A stretch of 64,000 nt of DNA from Anaeramoeba ignava BMAN (taxonomy: Eukaryota; Protista; Anaeramoebae), in assembly GCA_028826165.1 (NCBI GenBank), contig JAPDFW010000054.1:434001-498000 (forward strand), written 5' to 3'. This document shows positions 56,201 to 64,000 of this stretch, in pieces. Each line of letters starts with the position of its first letter. The stretch's first letter is position 1. The notes under the pieces were generated by a model, which did not search any database, was not told the origin of the DNA, and worked only from the letters and a program-made list of their open reading frames with translations. Made by a program: the position numbers and the translations under genes.

Positions 56201-56582
56201 TGCCTTCTCCTTATGCTTTTAGTGAAAATGAGTTTGAATACCCAAAAAGACCTCTCAAACGAATTCATAAACTCCCTCAACAAATCTTATCTAATCAACA
56301 ACAACAAAACCCCAGTAATCCATCTAATCCCCCTATTGTCCCTATTGATCAAAATATCCCCCGAATTTCTATCCCAAAAAATCAAAATCGAAATCAAAAT
56401 CAATATCAAAATCAAAATCAAAATCAAATCAAAATCAAAATCAAAATCAATATCAAAATCAAAATCAAAATCAAAATCAAAATCTAAATCAAAATGTTTC
56501 TAATTCTTCTAAAAAAAATGAAAAAATTCTTCGTCAAAAAAAAAGAATTGTTTCAAAAAGAACTAAAAGAAAAATTAATTGA
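53266..56582 (+). CDS. CDK8: Cyclin-dependent kinase 8-like (exons 53266-53305, 53456-53694, 54842-55025, 55727-56582); frameshift in the NQ tail near 56428 makes the stop uncertain (56487 as assembled)
   Basis: [89 protein letters not shown]: CDK8 signatures. Confidence 0.9.
53700..54812. repeat. Degenerate about 33-bp intronic minisatellite (AATTATTTTATTTACAAAATAATTTAATTCAAT)
   Basis: Recurrent unit throughout CDK8 intron 2. Confidence 0.82.
55028..55715. repeat. 5-bp intronic satellite (CAAAT/TAAAT)n
   Basis: CDK8 intron 3. Confidence 0.9.
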
Positions 56583-56982
56583 GGGAAATTAAACAAAATT
56601 TTGGGTAATTCTTTTGTTAAATTATCCAAATTTTTTTTTTTTTTTATAAATTTTTTTTTGATCAAATGATAAGATTTAAAAAAAAAAATAATCAAAAATA
56701 AAATTAATATTAAAATCAATTATAAAAAATAAATTATAATAAAAAAAATAAAAAAAAGGAAATTAAAATTGGAATTTCTTTGAAAGGCAAATTTATTAAT
56801 TTTTTTTTAATTTAATTTTTTAATTTAAAAAAATTTTTTTTTTATTGGAAATTTTTTTCATTTTTTTTATTTTTCTTTATTCATTTTTAATTTTTTTCTT
56901 TCTTTATTTTTTTCTTCTTTAATAAACAAACTTTTTTTTTTTTTGTAATTTCAAAAAAAACAAAAAAAAAAACAAAAAAAAA

Positions 56983-59900
56983 ATGAACAGCGATGCAAAT
57001 TTTACTTATGAAAGACCAAGAAGACCTATTCCACCAGTTCCACAAAAAGAACAAGGACCTACGAATCAAAACACAAACAATAATATACAAAACGTATATG
57101 AAACAACTCAACAAAAACCGAAAAAACCGATAAATAAATCTATGAATAACGAAAAAAGGCCAAATCAGCCCAACACACAAAACCCTACACAAAGAAGAAA
57201 CACACCACCGCGAACAAAGCCTCGTTCGCCATCACCTCATGCGCAACAAAACCCAAGTAACCCAACAACTAGCAGCAATCATCACAGAAAAATGTCAGAA
57301 AAAAAATCTCAACTTCCACCACTTCCAACACAAAAATTACCAGAAATTCCGACAGAAACAGAGCAACCAATTCAATCGAAATCACCACCACCAAAACCTG
57401 TATCAAAACCGCCACCAAAACCTACATCTAAACCGCCACCAAAACCCAATGCAAAACCTCCTCATTTAATTCGAAAAAATAATCGACCAAATTCTGATCC
57501 AAATCAAGATCCAAATAATCAAAATAATCCAAATCAAAATCAAAATCAAAATCAAAATCAAAATCAAAATAATCCAAATCAAAATCATTCAAATAATAAA
57601 AAATCTTTTGATATTAGTGATCCTCAATCTAAAACAACAATTCATTCTTTAATTTCTAAAACAGGTTTTATTGTTTCTAAACAAACTGGAGAAACAATGA
57701 TACAACAACCACAAAAACCAACAGGTAATATTAGATTTTATTTTTTAAGAAGAAACCGAGGAGATTTTTGGGGAAATATATATATATATTTATATTTAAT
57801 ATTTATTTTAATATTTATTTTATTATTTGTTTTAATATTTATTTTAATATTTATTTTAATATTTAATTTAATATTTATTTCAATATTTAATTTAATATTT
57901 ATTTTAATATTTATTTTAATATTTATTTCAATATTTATTTTAATATTTATTTCAATATTTATTTTAATATTTATTTTAATATTTATTTTAATATTTATTT
58001 CAATATTTATTTCAATATTTATTTCAATATTTATTTTAATATTTATTTTAATATTTATTTTAATATTTATTTTACTATTTATTTTAATATTTATTTTAAT
58101 ATTTATTTTAATATTTAATTTAATATTTATTTTAATATTTATTTCAATATTTATTTCAATATTTATTTTAATATTTATTTTAATATTTATTTTAATATTT
58201 ATTTTTAATATTTATTTTAATATTTATTTCAATATTTATTTTTTTATTTTATTAATATTTATTTTAATATTTATTTATTTTAATATTTATTTTTTTATTT
58301 AATATTTATTTTAATATTTATTTCAATATTTAATTTAATATTTATTTCAATATTTATTTTAATATTTATTTTAATATTTAATTTAATATTTATTTTAATA
58401 TTTATTTTAATATTTATTTTAATATTTATTTAATATTTATTTCAATATTTATTTTAAATATTTATTTTAATATTTATTTCAATATTTATTTTAATATTTA
58501 TTTTAATATTTATTTTAATATTTATTTTTAATATTTATTTTATTATTTATTTATTTTAATATTTATTTTAATATTTATTTAATATTTATTTTAATATTTA
58601 TTTATATTTAATATTTATTTTTAATATTTATTTTAATATTTATTTTAATATTTATTTTAATATTTATTTAATATTTATTTTAATATTTATTTTAATATTT
58701 ATATATATTTATTTTAATATTTAATTCAATATTTATTTTAATATATATTTCAATATTTATTTCAATATTTATTTTTAATATTTATTTTAATATTTATTTC
58801 AATATTTATATATTTATTTAATATTTATTTTTAATATATTTCAATATTTATTTCATTATTTATTTCAATATTTATTTTAATATTTATTTTAATATTTATT
58901 TTAATATTTATTTTAATATTTATTTTAATATTTATTTTAATATTTATTTTAATATTTATTTTAATATTTATTTTAATATTTATTTTAATATTTATTTCAA
59001 TATTTATTTTAATATTTATTTTAATATTAATTTCAATATTTATTTTAATATTTAATTTAATATTTATTTCAATATTTATTTCAATATTTATTTAATATTT
59101 ATTTTAATATTTATTTTAATATGTATTTTAATATTTATTTCAATATTTATTTTAATATTTAATTTAATATTTATTTCAATATTTATATATATTTATTTCA
59201 ATATTAAATATTTCTAGCTCCTCGAAGAAATACAGTTCACTCATCAAAAAAACCAACATTAGGAGCAAAACCACAATTAAGCTTCCGAGAATCTAAACCA
59301 AAAGCACCATCACATTTAGCAGTACCTAACAGTTCAAACAACCTAACAAACACAGGGAACAAAACAGAAGAACAAGGAAATAACGGACTTGAAATAAACA
59401 TACAAGAAGCACAAGAAGTGGAAGAAGTAGAAGAAACAAAAGCAGAAAAAACAACATCACCAAAACACAAAACATGGGCGAAATTCAAAGAAAAAACGAA
59501 GAAATGGGGCGGAAAAGCAAAAAGGGGATCTAAAAGCTTTTTTCAAAAAGCAAAAAACAAACTAACAAAAGATTCCAAAGAAACAGAAACAAACACACGA
59601 AACGCGCCCGTTTTTGGGGTTCCGTTGCAGCAGGCAATTGAGAACGAAGGAAGAACAAACAACCAACCGCCAAGTGTAATTGAAAAGGGGATCATGTATT
59701 TAGAAGAAAGAGGAAAACTCGAAGAAGGAATCTACCGACTGTCAGGAAGCATGAAGCAAATGGCGGAGCTTAAAGAAGCCTTCAACCGAGGCGAGGATGT
59801 TGACCTATCAATTGTCAAAGACGAAAATACAGTTGCTAGTTTAATCAAGCTCTATTTCAGAGAGCTACCTGAGCCACTTTTAACTGAGAAATACACACAA

Positions 59901-60200
59901 CGTCTCGCGAAATTAATAAAACAACCCCATGAAACAATCCTTAAAAGACTCAACCATGCTTATAATAGAATCCCTGAGGTCAACCAGGCTGTTCTTCGTT
60001 GGCTTCTTCCTCATTTAGATAGAATTCAAAGGCAAAGTTCTTTGAATAAAATGACTTCTTCTAATTTGGCTATTGTTTTTTCTCCAACTCTTCAAATTCC
60101 TACTGAAATACTCCAGATTTTAATTAGTAGATGGATGGATATTCTTTGTCCTGAAATTGATTCTGGTGACTCAAAAGATTCAACTAGAGATTCAGACTAA
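56983..60200 (+). CDS. RhoGAP with proline-rich N-terminus (exons 56983-57724 and 59218-60200)
   Basis: VFGVPL, arginine finger EGIYRLSG, ASLIKLYFRELPEPLL, NKMTSSNLAIVFSPTL. PxxP-rich exon 1; phase-1 GT-AG join. Confidence 0.9.
57790..59210. repeat. 12-bp intronic satellite (AATATTTATTTY)n
   Basis: About 1.4-kb array; produces the spurious ILIF tail of ORF 56983..58302. Confidence 0.93.
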
Positions 60201-60476
60201 TTTTATCTTTGAATTTTATCTTTGATTTTTTTTCCGTTTTTTTTTTTTGATTTTTATTCATATTTGTTTTTGCTTTTTTTCTTTTTCTTTTTCATTTCTT
60301 TTAATGTTTGTATTCTAATTCGTTTACAACATTCTTTACTATTTGAATTCCCCTTTTTTTTTTGGTTTGATTTTTTGGATTTTCAAAAATAAAAGAAAAT
60401 TGATTAATTTTTTTCATTTTTCATTTTTATTTTTCATTTTTCATTTTTATTTTTCATTTTTCATTTTTTATTTTTT

Positions 60477-63400
60477 ATGGATTTTTCAAATTCTTTTTTT
60501 AAAACAAAAGAAATTATTGATAATTGGTTTTCAGAGCTTTATGCTCCATTAGTTATAGTTTCTGTTAGTCCTGATGCAGAAAATGCTTGTTTAAAAAATG
60601 GTGTTTCTTTTGTTGATATGATTCGATGTTTTTGTCCAAATTCTTTTTCTGTTAAAATACAACATCAAACAAAGAAAAATGAAAAAAATATTTCAGAAAA
60701 TTCAAATTCTCATTTAATTTCAAAGTTTTTTGTTAGATTTGAAACTATTGAAACTTTTAATAATTTTAAAAAAACAGATATTGAAGATAGTTTATTTAAA
60801 ATTGTTTTGAAAAACAGTGTTTATGAAAAATCTGAAAATTTAAAATCTGGTTTTATTACTCAAATGTTAAACAGTAAGAGGAAATAAATTCAAAATTAAA
60901 TTCAATTTAAAATTCAATATTAAATTCAAAATTAAATTCAAAATTAAATTCAAAATTAAATTCAAAATTAAATTCAAAATTAAATTCAAAATTAAATTCA
61001 AAATTAAATTCAAAATTAAATTCAAAATTAAATTCAAAATTAAATTCAAAATTAAAATTAAAATTAAAATTAAAATTAAAATTATTAAAACTTTTCAAGA
61101 ATATCAAAATCCAATGACTTGGTTTGATCATTATATACAACAATTCTCTAAACTTTTATATTGGTCAAAATTTCAAACAATAAATCATCCAGTTTCATTT
61201 ATATATGTAATAAGTACAGAAATTGGAGATGCAACAACAGCAATTCAATTTTTAAAAATGCAATGTGATGAAAAAAATCCACCTCGATTTATGATTGAAA
61301 ATAATATGGATCCAAATGTTCATCGATATTTTCTTTTAATTCATGATATACAAAGTCCATATCCAGAAAAGTAAATAGAATGGAAATCAGGAATTAATAT
61401 TTCCAAATATTTATTATTTCAAAATATTTATTATTTATTATTTATTAATTAATATTTATTATTTCAAAATATTTTCAATTATTTAATATTTAATATTTCC
61501 AAATATTTAATATTTCCAATTATTTATTATTCCAATTATTTAATATTTCCAAATATTTATTATTCTAAATATTTAATATTTAATATTTAATATTTCAAAA
61601 TATTTCAAAATATTTCCAATTGTATTTTTAATATTTCCAAATATTTATTATTTATTATTTTTATTTATTATTTAAATTTATATTTTCAAATTATTTCATA
61701 TTTATTTTCAAATTTTAATATTTCAAATGTTTAATATTTAATATTTCCAGAAAAATATTTATTATTCTAAATATTTATTATTTATTATTTATTATTTAAT
61801 ATTTATTATTTCCAAATATTTATTATTCTAAATATTTATTATTTATTATTTATTATTTAATATTTATTATTTCAAAATATTTTCAATTATTTAATATTTC
61901 AAAATATTTAATATTTAAATATTTATTATTTAATATTTCCAATTATTTAATATTTATTATTTATTATTTATTATTTATTATTTAATATTTAATATTTATT
62001 ATTAAATATTTAATATTTTCAAATATTTATTATTCTAAATATTTAATATTTTCAAATATTTATTATTCTAAATATTTAATATTTCCAAATATTTCCAATT
62101 ATTTAATATTTATTATTTAATATTTATTATTTAATATTTATTATTTAATGTTATTTTTAGAATCTCAGAATTTTTACAAAAAATGGAAGATACTTTTGGA
62201 AAAAATTATTGCTTCTTTTTACCAATAAACTCACTCTCAAATAGAAAAGAAAAAAAAGAAACAATTCCTGAAGAAAGAATCCAAAAATATAAAAAATTAG
62301 TTTCTTTTGATGGATCTTTACCAGAAAACTTTTGTAATTGCTTAAGCGAAAGCGATATTTCATTCATTTCTTCATTTATTCGATTATTTGTTTCTGAATC
62401 ATTAATTCCATTTATTGAAAAAAGAATTCAAACTTTAAGTGAAATAGTCAATAACTCTTCGAAAAAAGGATTTAAAAAAGCGTAATTAAAAATAATTTCA
62501 AGAGAAATCAAAATCAAAAAAGAAATATTAATTTGGAAAATAATTCAAAATCACAGTTTCAAAAATCTATTTGGAAAACAAAAAGAACAAACAAATACCA
62601 CAGAAACATTCAATAAAATTGAATTCCAAACTAGAAAATTAGCAGATTATTACTTTTTCTTAAAAGATTACGACCAAGCTTTAGTTTACTACAAAATGGC
62701 ATCAAACGAATTCAAAAATTCAAATTCATGGGATTATTTTGCAAGTGTTCAAGAAATGGCAACAATATGCAGTTTTATTCACGAAAGTAGAATCATTGAT
62801 TCATTGCTTGATGCTGCTCAATATGGATATAAAAAAGCAAAATCATCGCCTTGTTTCTTGACAAATTTATTTTGGATTTTTGCAGAATTATATAAGAATT
62901 CAATGAACAAAATCGAAAAAGCAATTGAACTTTATCTTCGAATTAGTTCATATGAATCAAATATCACTTCTGCTATTAATCTTGAACAAGCTGCTTACTG
63001 TTTTTATTATATGAAACCTTCATCATTTCGCAAATACCATTTTTATTTAATTTTGGCTGGGCAAAGATACAGTTTTTCAGGACAAAGCAACCACACAATC
63101 CGTTGCTATTCTAATTTTCAGCAAGAATTTCGAGACAAAAATTGGATCACAATTCAAAATCATTTAAATTATACAATTGCTTTGCATTCATTTTACATTT
63201 TGGATTTTGCAACTTCAATTCGTTGCTTCAAGGAAATTATCGGAAAATCAAAAGAATCCGATCAACAACAACGCTCATATTTGGAAGAGCTCATAATAGC
63301 TTCTCAAGGAGCTTCACAAAATTCTATTTCGCGAGTCTTTGAATTTCGCGTTCCTCAAATTTTAATGAATTCTATCAATGTTCTAATCAATGATGATTTT

Positions 63401-64000
63401 GTTCAAATTGATAATTCTTCTCAAATTCCTCCTTCTGAAGATTGGAGTGATCATGAAAATCTTTTCTTGAGAAAATTATCACAAAAAATCCCTATTAAAC
63501 CTCCTCAAGATCAAATGGAAAAAATTATTTTGAAAATCAAAAAATCAAATATTCATCAATTGCTTGAAAAAATTCCCAAAAAAACCAGTCCTGTTGGTGA
63601 ATCTATTATTGTAGAATTTTTTGTTTATAATCCTCTGAAATTTATGTTGAAATTTGGTCAAGCTTATTTGATTGCTGTTTATGAAAATAATGAAAATAAT
63701 GAAAATAATGAAAATAATGAAAATAATGAAAATAATGAAAATAATGAAAATAATGAAAATAATCAACAAGAATCCAAAAATATGATCAAAAATATCAATT
63801 GTGATTCAAAAGAAATTGAAGAAATATTAAAAAAATATGAAAAAAGTATTCATAAAAATGAAATTATAGTTGAAAAATCAGAATTCTCTTTATATCCAAA
63901 TGAAAATCGTTTATTAGAACTTAAAATTACTCCTCAAAAAGAAGGAAGACTAAGGATTATTGGAGTTGAATTTCAATTTCAAGAGCGATTGTTACTTTTT
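60477..64000 (+). CDS. TRAPPC8: TRAPP complex subunit 8 (Trs85), partial, runs off the window end
   Basis: QTINHPV, ESLIPFIEKRI, EFQTRKLADYYFFLKDY, LEQAAYC, FRKYHFYLILAGQRY, VGESIIVEFFVYNPL. Exons approx. 60477-60873, 61100-61370, 62161-62481, 62557->64000. Confidence 0.87.
60886..61082. repeat. 12-bp intronic satellite (AAATTCAAAATT)n
   Basis: TRAPPC8 intron 1. Confidence 0.88.
61395..62150. repeat. Degenerate AATATTT-based intronic repeat
   Basis: TRAPPC8 intron 2. Confidence 0.75.

Noticed and set aside
57725-58302. Long hydrophobic ILIF tail suggesting a membrane protein
   Set aside because: Read-through into a satellite intron; the GT donor at 57725 joins exon 1 to the RhoGAP exon in frame.

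Overview
Extremely AT-rich, intron-containing (GT-AG) DNA from a microbial eukaryote using the standard genetic code. The tandem RCC1-BTB genes, NQ/NE homo-repeats and satellite-filled introns resemble an anaerobic amoeboid protist such as Anaeramoeba; that is inference only. About 20 protein-coding genes can be rebuilt by hand: a GH13 glycosidase 3' end, two Rab5-like GTPases, a Rho GTPase, a YegS/DAGK-type lipid kinase, a BIG/Sec7 Arf-GEF, a hidden 62-aa spliced microprotein, a coiled-coil/multi-PH-like protein, a two-repeat alpha-actinin, two tandem S1/P1 nucleases, MOB1, two tandem RCC1-BTB genes, an S/K-rich protein with two HARE-HTH-like domains, an S28 peptidase, an MRE11-like protein, CDK8, a RhoGAP and the 5' part of TRAPPC8. 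A complete 2.4-kb Mutator (MULE) transposon with perfect 54-bp TIRs sits in MOB1 intron 1. The most notable observations are: (1) an intact MRE11 homologue that has lost most metal-binding and catalytic residues; (2) essentially every long intron is filled with tandem satellite, several unit families recur across genes, and near-identical paralogues carry different satellites at the same intron; (3) a synonymous A-to-T gradient across long exons; (4) a tandem winged-helix protein with an H1-like basic linker; (5) a Rab with a broken DxxG motif. Several single-base indels, mostly in homopolymers, interrupt conserved genes and are probably assembly errors. All family assignments come from motif recognition by eye; no searches were run.
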